Shown here: positions 24,224 to 33,927 of the stretch, piece after piece
Position numbering within the stretch: position 1 is the first letter of the stretch
How the letters are laid out: each line of letters opens with the position of its first letter
Assembly (NCBI RefSeq): GCF_004010195.1
Contig: NC_057718.1
Coordinates: forward strand, 56,410,009-56,444,694
Direction: 5' to 3'
Length of the DNA: 34,686 nucleotides
From: Chiloscyllium plagiosum
Lineage: Eukaryota
The notes under the pieces: generated by a model
The model's input: the letters and a program-made list of their open reading frames with translations, nothing else
Told to the model about the DNA's origin: nothing
Database searches by the model: none
Made by a program: the position numbers and the translations under genes

Positions 24224-24310
24224 GAGATAGTGCGGACTGCAAATGCTGATGAAGGCTCCTTGGATGCTGCCTGACTTGCTGTGCTTTTTCCACCGCCACA
24301 CTTTATCGAC
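24224..24310. mobile_element. 87-bp Penelope family A pLTR-derived mini-insertion with a perfect 15-bp target-site duplication
   Basis: TACGAATTTAATCAG at 24209-24223 and 24311-24325; the insert is an inverted pLTR tip fused to an internally deleted sense pLTR. Confidence 0.8.
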
Positions 24311-24359
24311 TACGAATTTAATCAGTTTTTTTTGGGGATATATGAAAGATACTACTATA

Positions 24360-24427
24360 AGATTTCACTTCTATTAATTTGGGAAGTGAATTAGATTTCA
24401 CTTCTATTAATTTGGGAAGTGAATTAG
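24360..24427. repeat. Perfect tandem duplication, 33-bp unit x2
   Basis: agatttcacttctattaatttgggaagtgaatt at 24360-24392 and 24393-24425. Confidence 0.95.
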
Positions 24428-24481
24428 GTCCACTACCAATCGAGCAACCTGTGGTAAAAGTGCTTTTGTAGGATTGTCTGT

Positions 24482-24860
24482 TGTGGTTCAGTTGGTAGCC
24501 CACTCTACAAAGAAATTGGAGATCCGAGTCCCATTTGAGTTTGAATGTCAAGGTTGACATGTATTAGGAGTGCTGGATTATTGCAGGTGTTGTCTTTTGG
24601 ATGAGACCTTGTTTTGTCTGCTCTCTCATTATTATAAAAGAATAATTTTGAAGATGGCAGAGGGTTTCTCCCTGCCGTACTGACCAAAATTTATCACTAA
24701 AAATGGATTACCTTTAATTATCACATGACTTTTTTGTAGGACACTTGTGTACAATTTGACAGCTATATTTGTTACATTCAAGTTACCTACATTTCAAAAA
24801 TACTTAATTGTCTTTTAAAGTGCTTGGTATGTGTTGTGAACATGAAAGGTGACATATAAC
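24482..24860 (+). mobile_element. Old tRNA-derived SINE with L2-type tail (DeuSINE/SacSINE1-like)
   Basis: A-box-like TGGTTCAGTTGG; gtcttttggatgagac; tail ...tcaaaaatacttaattg...aaagtgcttgg...tgaaaggtgacatataa. Confidence 0.55.
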
Positions 24861-24947
24861 TAAGTGTATTATGTGATCAGGATTGGCTGTGATTCCTTTT
24901 TGCAGTTAAATAGTCCAGTAATATGTTTTAGAAAAATAACTATGACC

Positions 24948-25304
24948 GTGAAGATTTGCTATTGCAAGGTTTGTAGCTCAGGTTGAGGTTTAGGGTGTAG
25001 GTTTGCTCACTGAACTGTAGGTTTGATATCCAGACGTTTCATTACCTGGCTAGGTAACATCATCAGTGGCAACCTCCAAGTGAAGGGAAGCTGTTATCTC
25101 CTGCTTTCTATTTATATGTTTGTCCTGGATGGGGTTCCTGGGGTTTGTGGTGATGTCATTTCCTGTTCGTTTTCTGAGGGGTTAATAGATGGTATCAAGA
25201 TCTATGTGTTTGTTTATGACGTTGTGGTTGGAGTGCCAGGCCTCTGGGAATTCTCTGGCATGTCTTTGCTTAGCCTGTCCCAGGATAGATGTGTTGTCCC
25301 AGTC
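24948..25304 (-). mobile_element. Penelope-like element (family D, Poseidon-type) 3' end: GIY-YIG C-terminus plus pLTR; cut by the assembly gap
   Basis: DWDNTSILGQAKQRHAREFPEAWHSN..INKHIDLD on the minus strand; homologous to 27565-27878. Confidence 0.85.
25030..25069 (-). ncRNA. Minimal type I hammerhead ribozyme motif, nearly intact
   Basis: Minus strand cca-CTGATGA-T-GTTACCT-AGCC-AGGTAAT-GAAA-C-GTC-tgg; stem I cca/tgg; 7-bp stem II (first pair G-U); ACGT palindrome. Confidence 0.75.
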
Positions 25305-25759
25305 NNNNNNNNNNNNNNNNNNNNNNNNNNNNNNNNNNNNNNNNNNNNNNNNNNNNNNNNNNNNNNNNNNNNNNNNNNNNNNNNNNNNNNNNNNNNNNNN
25401 NNNNNNNNNNNNNNNNNNNNNNNNNNNNNNNNNNNNNNNNNNNNNNNNNNNNNNNNNNNNNNNNNNNNNNNNNNNNNNNNNNNNNNNNNNNNNNNNNNNN
25501 NNNNNNNNNNNNNNNNNNNNNNNNNNNNNNNNNNNNNNNNNNNNNNNNNNNNNNNNNNNNNNNNNNNNNNNNNNNNNNNNNNNNNNNNNNNNNNNNNNNN
25601 NNNNNNNNNNNNNNNNNNNNNNNNNNNNNNNNNNNNNNNNNNNNNNNNNNNNNNNNNNNNNNNNNNNNNNNNNNNNNNNNNNNNNNNNNNNNNNNNNNNN
25701 NNNNNNNNNNNNNNNNNNNNNNNNNNNNNNNNNNNNNNNNNNNNNNNNNNNNNNNNNNN
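25305..25759. other. Assembly gap (N run)
   Basis: Run of n characters; ORFs spanning it are artefacts. Confidence 1.
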
Positions 25760-26250
25760 AGGAGGCCCAGGACCTCCATGTCCTCGGCAGAGTGGGAGGG
25801 GGAGTTGAAATGTTGGGCCACAGGGCAGTGTGGTTGATTGGTGCGGGTGGCCCGGAGATGTTCCCTAAAGCGCTCTGCTAGGAGGCGTCCAGTCTCCCCA
25901 ATGTAGAGGAGACCGCATCGGAAGCAACGGATACAATAAATGATATTGGTGAATGTGCAGGTAAAACTTTGATGGATGTGGAAGGGTCCTTTAAGGCCTA
26001 GTTCTAAACTTTCAGCTCAGCACTGTCCCCATGACTTGTCCTACCTGCCTATTTTCTTTTCCACCTATCCACTCCACCCTCCTCCCTGACCTATCACCTT
26101 CATCTCCTCCCCCCCCCACCCTCCTCTAGCTTATCTCTCCACCCTTCAGGCTCTCTGCCTTTATTCCTGATGAAGGGCTTTTGCCCGAAACGTCGATTTT
26201 ACTGCTCCTCGGATGCTGCCTGAACTGCTGTACTCTTCCGGCACCACTAA
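25760..26250. mobile_element. Penelope-like element (family A): minus-strand GIY-YIG fragment (25760-about 25998) abutting a plus-strand pLTR (about 26005-26250)
   Basis: Minus strand FHIHQSFTCTFTNIIYCIRCFRCGLLYIGETGRLLAERFREHL; inverted arrangement typical of Penelope insertions. Confidence 0.85.
26163..26198 (+). ncRNA. Minimal type I hammerhead ribozyme motif, intact core (identical to 50-85)
   Basis: CTGATGA(26167-26173)-A-GGGC-TTTT-GCCC-GAAA-C-GTC(26194). Confidence 0.75.
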
Positions 26251-26316
26251 TCTAAAACACAGTAATTAGTCATGCATAAACCCCTTTATAATGTAATCAT
26301 TGATTTTTTTTTAATA

Positions 26317-26595
26317 TTAGATTGGATTCCCTACAATATGGAAACAGGCTCTTCGGCCCAACAAGTTCACACCGACCCTCTGAAATGTAACCCACGCAGA
26401 CCCATTCCCCTACCCTATATTTACCCCTGACTAATGCACCTATCACTATGGGCAATTTAGCATCGCCTATTCACGTAACCTGCACATCTTTGGATTGTGG
26501 GAGGAAACCCACACAGACATGGGGAGAATGTGCAAATTCCACATTGACAGTCACCCGAGGCGCTGTGAGGCAGCAGTGCTAACCACTGAGCTACC
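26317..26595 (-). mobile_element. HE1-like V-SINE with internal deletions
   Basis: Reverse complement of ggtagctcagtggttagcactgctgcctcacagcgcc...tgtagggaatccaatctaa. Confidence 0.85.
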
Positions 26596-26934
26596 TAATA
26601 ACTGTCAATGTCTTTGACATTGCAAATTAACTGTGAACAATTATAAGTATATGACCAGATTTTCTAAGGAATGGCAGCCTCATGCAAATTGCCACTCCAT
26701 CTCTTCTTTTACGAAAGGCGAGAACTCTGCATTTCTGACAGGAAATTCTGATCAGGGTTCCTTCAGAAATGTGGAGCTATAATTCAATTCTAACAGTTCT
26801 TTGATAGGGGGCAAACCACAATCCCTACTCACAGCAGTTGTCCTGTATTCTGGAATTTTATGGTCCCAAATCAAAGAGAGTTACTTTGACAGCTGCTAAC
26901 AAATGGCAAGTACATAAAATTGTCAGCGAGTTCT

Positions 26935-27878
26935 CAGATTGAGGTTGAGGTTCTGAATGTCGGTTTGCTCGTTGACCTGGAAGGTTTATTTTCAGATGTT
27001 TCATCACCATACTGGGTAACATCTTCAGAGAGCCTCTGAATGAAGCACTGGTGGTGTAGCCCGCTTTCTATTTGTTTGGGTTTCCTTGGGTCGGTGATGT
27101 CATTTCCTATGGTGATGTCATTTCCTGTTCTTTTTCCTCAGGGGATGATAAATAGGATCCAAGTGAATACCTATACAGTGTATTCAAAAATAATGGGTAC
27201 CATATGAACACAGTCCACTGATTTTCTCAGCAACAAACCCAAACAAGTAGACAAAACACATCCAGAAACTGAAGCCACTCTCCCCTACATCAATGACATC
27301 TCGGAAATGACTGCCAGACTACTCAGACCCCTTGGCATCATGGTAGCCCACAAACCCACCAACAAACTAAAGCAGCAGTTAATGAACTTGAAAGACCCTT
27401 TCCAGACAACAAGCAAAACTAATGTCATTTACAAAATACCTTGCAAGATCTGAAACAGGCAGAAAACTAGCCACCAGGATAGATGAACATCAACTAGCCA
27501 CAAAAAGACATGACCCACTTTCACTAGTATTCTTACATACGGATGAGGAAGGACACCACTTCAACTGGGACAACACGCCCATCCTAAGACAAACCAAACA
27601 GAGACACGCACGAGAATTCCTAGAAGCATGGCATTCGAACTGAAACTCTATCAACAAACACATTGACTTGGATCCTATTTACCATCCCTTGAGAAGAAGA
27701 ACAGGAAATGACGTCACCACTAAAAATGACATCACCAACCCGAGGAAACTCAAACATATAAATAGAAAGTGGGCTACACCACCAGTGCTTCATCCAGAGG
27801 CTCGCTGAAGATGTTACCTAGTATGTTGATGAAATGTCTGAAAACAAACCTTCCAGCTCAGTGAGCAAACCTACATCC
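26935..27878 (+). mobile_element. Penelope-like element (family D): inverted 3' copy (26935-about 27168) followed by a sense 5'-truncated copy (about 27169-27878); two hammerhead-like cores
   Basis: ETGRKLATRIDEHQLATKRHDPLSLV...FNWDNTPIL..TKQRHAREFLEAWHSN (GIY-YIG). Cores CTGAAGA-T-GTTACC..GAAACATC (minus, 26995-27028) and CTGAAGA-T-GTTACC..GAAATGTC (plus, 27805-27838). Confidence 0.85.
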
Positions 27879-27889
27879 GTAAAATTTTA

Positions 27890-28160
27890 AGGTCAGGGTA
27901 CCAGGAGGATGGGAGGGGGGTAGGGTGCCATGTAAGTAAAGTGTCAGGTGATTGAGTACCAGTTTAGAAGGGTTCCAGTTGGGGAAGGTGCAAATATGTT
28001 AGACAAATAGGGTGCCAGATGGGTAGAGTGTCAGATAAGTAGGGCGCCAGTTAGATAGGTTAACAGCTAGGTTGGGGGTAGGGTGCCAGTGACTGTGTAC
28101 CAAGTGTTTAGAGTGCTAGGAAGCAAGATGACATGGGGACCAGGTAAATGATGAAGGTTT
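27890..28160. repeat. Degenerate G-rich minisatellite (core about ggtagggtgccag)
   Basis: Repeated agggtaccag/agggtgccag/agagtgtcag/agggcgccag at roughly 14-16 bp spacing. Confidence 0.6.
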
Positions 28161-28425
28161 TAGGGTAGGTCTGGGTTGGTGAGAGAAATTTGTTCAGTTA
28201 AACAGGACACATTAGGGATGCCAGGATGCGTAATGTGTTACAGCTGCAGTATGTGTGAGTTTCTGGATGTCAGTCTGATCAGGGCAAATGCAATTGCAGT
28301 AAATGAAGTTTGAGTAAGTTCAGCTCAGAGTTCATGAGCTGTTGATGAGTTGCTTATAAGTTTAAAAAACTGTTTAAAAGCTTTATATTGTACTATTTTC
28401 CATGAGGAAACCATATGCCAAACAG

Positions 28426-28555
28426 GTTCTGAAGGAGGGTCACTGGACCTGAAACGTTAACTGTTTCTTCCACAGATGCTGCTAGATCTACTGAGTTCTC
28501 CAAGCAATTTAAGTTTTTGTTTCAGATTTACAGCATCTGCGATGCTTTATTTTAT
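28426..28555 (+). mobile_element. Solo Penelope pLTR (family B) with hammerhead-like core
   Basis: gtt-CTGAAGG-AG-GGTC-ACTG-GACC-T-GAAA-C-GTT-aac; aligns with both arms of 1172-1430. Confidence 0.7.
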
Positions 28556-29026
28556 ACCAGACCATGATATAGTCTGGTCTGAGCTTGCCACCCTGGTAGG
28601 TGCAGTCTCAGCCATCTAGAGGATTGCCCAGCACAGCAGAAAGAAGGCAAATAACTGTGTCCACTCCACCAGCATGCCACCATGTTCTCTCCAATACCTC
28701 AGTCATTCTGTCTTTCCCACCACAGCATCACCCACCCAAGGCTCATGCTCTACCACTCTCACTATTGCTTGTAACACCTTCCCTCACTCACTCTCACCCA
28801 CCCTGATCCCCAATATCACCAACACTGCATGCCTTCTGTGCTGCCTACCCACTTGCTTGGGCCACATGCACCAATGTTAACAGCAGTACTATGCATTTTC
28901 ACCTGTCTTAAGATCAGTTCTTTCTTATTCCATGAGGAAAACTGCCCATAATTGGGTAAAAAGAGTCAAGGTGGATGGTGGGCTGCCCAGCATTTGGCTC
29001 CACATCCTTTAGAAGAAGAGAAACCT

Positions 29027-29455
29027 GAATCTGCCTCGCCCTCCCTTTCCTAGTCCTCTCCATTTCCATCTCCGGCGACTGACTAACCATGGGCATCTAC
29101 TACAAACCCACTGACTCCCACAGTTATCTAGACTACACCTCTTTCCACCCTACTTCCTGTAAAAACGCTATCTCTTATTCCAAATTCCTCTGCTTCTGCC
29201 GCATCTGTTCCCAGGATGACCAATTCCACCTTAGAAAATCTCAGATGACCTCCTTCTTCCAAGGTCACAACTTCCCTTCCCATGATCGACAATGCCTTCC
29301 AGAGTATCTTCTCCACTTCCCTTGAACCCCACCCCTCCCAACACAACCAGGACAGGAACTCCTGGTTTTCACCTTCCACCCCACCAACCTCCGCATACAT
29401 CACATCATCCTCCGGAACCTACAAACGGACCCCACCACCAGAGAGATATTTCCCT
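29027..29455 (+). mobile_element. Penelope family A RT-thumb fragment
   Basis: IYYKPTDSHSYLDYTSFHPTSCKNAISYSKFL.F.RICS; homologous to 13056-13463. Confidence 0.85.
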
Positions 29456-31103
29456 CCTCCAGTATGTATGAAGCCTGTGGCAGGACCACAGATAGTGACA
29501 GAGAGTACCAGTACTTACTTTACACTTGGGGCACACTGAGGATACTCCCACCTTAAATTTTGAAGGACGGTCTGGGGCCAGATGGACTCTCTGAAGAATC
29601 TTCAACTGCATGGCATGCGTCCTATTACAGATTGAAATATTTCTCGCATTTTCACAAATATCCTCTCATGTCTTAGAGGAGATCTCAACTCCTAACTCTC
29701 TCTCGCAGACCTCATATAGTTGCTCAATATCATCCGAGGAACCATCTCCAACAGATGATAAGGAGTACTAACTGAGAGCGTGCCCTTGGCATGAAGCACC
29801 CTCTTCTCTGAATGGGATCTGTAGGAGTCGGTCAAAAGCATAGTTTCTTTTTGAATAAAATTACTAATCTTGAAAAACAAAAAAGGTCTCTGCTAGATAA
29901 TCCATACTTGCAGCTTATTTGGTCAAAGGACATTATTGTTTCAACCTCAAATAAGTCACCCAAACAGGAAACTCCCCTAGCTGCCCAGAGTTTAAACCTG
30001 CAGTCTGTTATCACTGGCCAAAACTCCAGCATACCAACTATAGAGACAATGAAAGATGTTTTAGATGTGTTACCCTCACTCTGCTGCATTGCTCTCCATA
30101 CTTTGACAGTATTAATCATTGTTGGATTACGATAGTATTCCGCAACTATCCTCATTTTATCTAAGAACAATAGGCTAATATGAGGACACTTTGCCTGGGA
30201 GGCCTCAATATCCAACCATTTTTATGATGGGTCCTCACAAACTCAGTCACTCTCAAAAGATAAAAGAGAGCTTAATTGATATATTTTAATATCCTGGAGG
30301 TCCACATCCCCCAGCCCTTGGGGCAACTGCAATTTGGCAAGCTTAATAGGGGCTGCCTGTGGTGCCAGATAAAAGAGCTAAACCAGCCATTAAGTCTCCG
30401 AAATGTTTGCCTGGGAAAAGTCAAAGGAAGCATTTTCATAGGGTATAGCAAACAAGGAAGGACATTAATTTTAATAAGGGCTACTTGACCTAACCAGGAT
30501 ATTGGAAGGCCCTCTCATCTTTGAAGATCTTGTTTAATCTTGTCAAGCAAGTGGACAAAATTAGCTTAAATAATTGATCGAAGACAGGAGTAACAAAACT
30601 ACCTAAATAAAGAAAATCCCCCTGTGACCACTCTATGACTTTATGACTCATCCTTAATATCAGATTCCCCCAAGATCTCCCATTGGCATAGCCTCCAGTT
30701 TTGAAACGTTAAGCCCGAAAAGGAGCCAAATAAATTAAAACATTGTATCATATGGGGTACAGATACTACTGGGTTTATCGAAAAGGTAAGAATGTCATCC
30801 GCATACAATGTAATCTTATGTGCCTTTGATCCCACTTCTGGGGCAGTTATGTTAGGATCCCTACAGATTGAACCGCTGATAGAGACTATCACCAATGTAA
30901 AAAGTAGATGTGAGAGGGGACAACCTTACCAACTTCCCCTACAGATACTAAAATTACTGGATCTTACACCTTTATCACTATAAAGGACCCTTACCCACCT
31001 GATAAAGACTTCACCTAGATCAAACTGTTCTAATGTGTAAGAAAGATATGGCCAGTCAACCTGATCAAATGCCATCTCTACATCTAATGAGATCACTAAT
31101 CTC
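29455..31103 (-). mobile_element. L1-clade LINE ORF2 fragment (RT to C-terminal Cys region), pseudogenised
   Basis: LVISLDVEMAFD (~ISLDAEKAFD), HKITLYADDIL, CPKCKVSTGTLCHYLWSC zinc knuckle. Confidence 0.85.
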
Positions 31104-31124
31104 TGAATTTAAAGAGGGAGAATG

Positions 31125-32460
31125 TGGATTCTGGGTAATCCAAGATGGAGGATGGGAACAATGTCTGGCTGTAACAGTTGCACCTTTTTTGAGGTATGTT
31201 AAGTGTTGAAGGTGATTTCCTCGAATTCCAGGAGCAGCAATTACTCCTTTATATGCTGTTGCATTGTTTTGGAACTTTGGGAAAAAAGTTAAAACAACAG
31301 CACTTTTGAAAGGGAGAAGAACAGACATAGGAAGCACATGGCGAGGTCATTGCAAGAGAGAGAGAGAGATTCACAACTGCTCTTGGAGGAACCTGTTGCG
31401 AGAGATCAAAGCACAGAAACAGATAACAGATGTTTTAAGTGTGGTCTTAAAATAAGTCTGCAGTAGTGAGTAGTGTGGGTTCTTTCTTGATTATATGTTT
31501 TATTGAGATATCTGTCTTGACTAAACTTAAAATATAAGCCATAACTATTAATTTAACCTGAAGCAATGTTTTGTAGAGGAATAAGACAGTGCTATTTTCT
31601 GGGTCTGTAGATTGAAAGAACCAAAAATGGCTGTTAGTAGAGTGATATACTCTTGTCGGATGTATGAGTTAAGGGAGAGTTTACGGATTATTGAGGATTG
31701 CATCTGCAATAAATGCCATAGGTTGCGAATCCTATCCGATCGAATGCATTGGTGGGAGAGGCAGTTAGAGGCAAAGAGAAATTTACAAGAGCAAGGGAAT
31801 GTGATGGATAGGCAGTTATAGGAAGGGGGAAAGTCTCAGATACAGTTACATAGGTGGGTTAACTCCAGGAAAGGTAAGAGAGGAAAGCACGTAGTGCAGG
31901 AGTCTTCTGTGGCTATCCCCATTTCAAACATGTATGTTATTTTGGAAAATGTAGAAGGTGATGGATTGTCAGGGGAATGTAGCATGAACAGCCAAGTTTC
32001 TGGCATTGAGACTGGCTCTAATATAATGAGAGGTATGTCGGGTTCCAAGCGATCGATTGTCTTAGCGGACTCTCTAGTCTGGGTGACAGACAGGTGTTTC
32101 TGTGGCCAGCAGCGAAAAATCAGAATGGTGTGTTGCTTCCCTGGTGCCAGGGTCAAAGATGTCTCAAAGAGGGTGCAGAATGTTCTCAAGGGGGAAGGGG
32201 GCCAGCAGGAGGTCATTGTACACATTGGAACCAAAGACATAGGAAGGGAAAAGATTGAGGTTCTGAAAGGAGATTACAGAGAGTTAGGCAGGAATTTAAA
32301 AAGGAGGTCCTCGAGAGTAGTAATTTCTGGATTACTCCTGGTACTACAAACTAGTGAGGGCAGGAATAGGAGGATACAGCAGATGAATGCATAGCTGAGG
32401 AGTTGGTGTATGGGAGAAGGATTCACATTTTTGGATCATTTTGGGGTAGAAGTGACCTTC
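31125..32460 (+). mobile_element. CR1 LINE 5'UTR plus ORF1 (Zn-finger/coiled coil, SGNH esterase), copy A; ATG 31627; frameshifted
   Basis: SCRMYE..CNKC..LRILSDRM..ERQL; LADSLV, CCFPGARVKDV, VHIGTKDI, VVISGLL. Confidence 0.85.
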
Positions 32461-33927
32461 CAAATGGAGGACGGGAAAAATTTCTGGCTGTAACAGCTGC
32501 TCCTTTTTTGAGATATTTTAGGTGTTGGAGGTGATTTCCTTGAATTCTAGGAGCAGCAATTACTGTTTTGTATGCTGTTGCATTGTTTTGGAACTTTGGA
32601 AAAAAAAAGTCAAAACAACAGCAGTTTTAAAGGGGAGAAGAACAGATAAAAGAAGCACATGGTGAGGTCATTGCAGGAGAGAGAGAGAACCTGCACAATT
32701 ACCGCCTTTGCTGTTTGAATTCATGCATCGCTGGATATCAGTGTGCATCTGGGAAAATTAACAAACAGTGAAATTCACAACTGGTCTTGGAGGAACTGTT
32801 GGGCAAAGTTCACAGCACAGAATCAGATAAGTTAATCGTTGTTTTTAAGTGTGGCCTACAGAGAATCTGCAGTAGTGAGTAGAATGGGTTCTTTTCTTGA
32901 TTATATGTTTTTGGAGATATGTCTCTTGATTAAACTTCAAATATAAGCCATAACTATTAATTTAACCTGGGACAGTGTTTGTAGAGGAATACAACGGTGT
33001 TATTTTCTGGGTCCGTAGATTGTGAAAGAGCAAAAATGGCCTTTATTAGAGTGATATGCACTTCTTGTCAAATGTGGGAGTTTAAAGAGAGCTTAAGGGT
33101 TACTGCGGATTATATCTGTCATAAATGCTGTTGGCTACGAATCTTATCAGATCGAATGGATCGGTTGGAGAGACAGTTAGAAGCAATGAGGAATTTGCAA
33201 CAGCAACAGTATGTGATGGATGGCAGTTATAGGAAGGGGGGAAAGTCTCAGATACAGTCACATAGATGGGTTAACTCCAGGAAGGGTAAGAGAGGTAGGC
33301 AGCTAGTGCAGGAGTCTTTTGTGGGTATACCCACTTCAAACAGGTATGCTGTTTTGGAAAATGTAGGGGGTGATGGATTCTCAGGGAACGTAGCACGAAC
33401 AGCCAAATTTCTGGCACTGAGACTGTCTCTAATGCAACAAGGAGTACATCGGATTCAAAGAGATCAATTGTGTAAGGGGATTCTGTAGTCAGAGGTACAG
33501 ACAGACATTTCTGTGGCCAGCAGTGAAAAAGCAGAATGGTGTGTTGCTTCCCTGGTGCCCGGATCAAGGATGTCTCAGAGAGGGTGCAGAATGTTCTCTC
33601 ACAGGAGAGAGGGACCAGCAAGAGGTCATTGTCCACATTGGAATCAATGACATAAGAAGGGAAAAGGTTGAAATTCTGAAGGGAGATTACAGAGAGTTAA
33701 GCAGAAATTTAAAAAGGAGGTTCTTGAGAGTAGTAATATCTGGATTACTCCCAGTGCTACGAGCTAGTGAGGGCAGGAATAGGAGGATAGAGCAGATGAA
33801 TGCATGGCTGAGGAGCTGGTATATAGGAGAAGGATTCACATTTTTTGATCAGTGGAATCTCTTTTGGGGTAGAAGTGACCTGTATAAGAAGGACGAATTG
33901 CACCTAAATTGGAGGTGGACTAATATA
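32461..33927 (+). mobile_element. CR1 LINE 5'UTR plus ORF1, copy B; ATG 33036; frameshifted
   Basis: Collinear with copy A. CTSCQMWE..CHKC; VHIGINDI; NAWLRSW; DLYKKDELHLN. Confidence 0.85.

Noticed and set aside
24360..24427. CRISPR-like palindromic repeats
   Set aside because: Two abutting units without spacers, in vertebrate DNA, with no cas genes.
25023..25881. Long ORFs of 182-261 aa
   Set aside because: Artefacts of translating through the N gap.
168..31455. Numerous other 60-135 aa ORFs in the track
   Set aside because: Antisense or off-frame readings of repeats or AT-rich intron; no recognisable domains or splice support.
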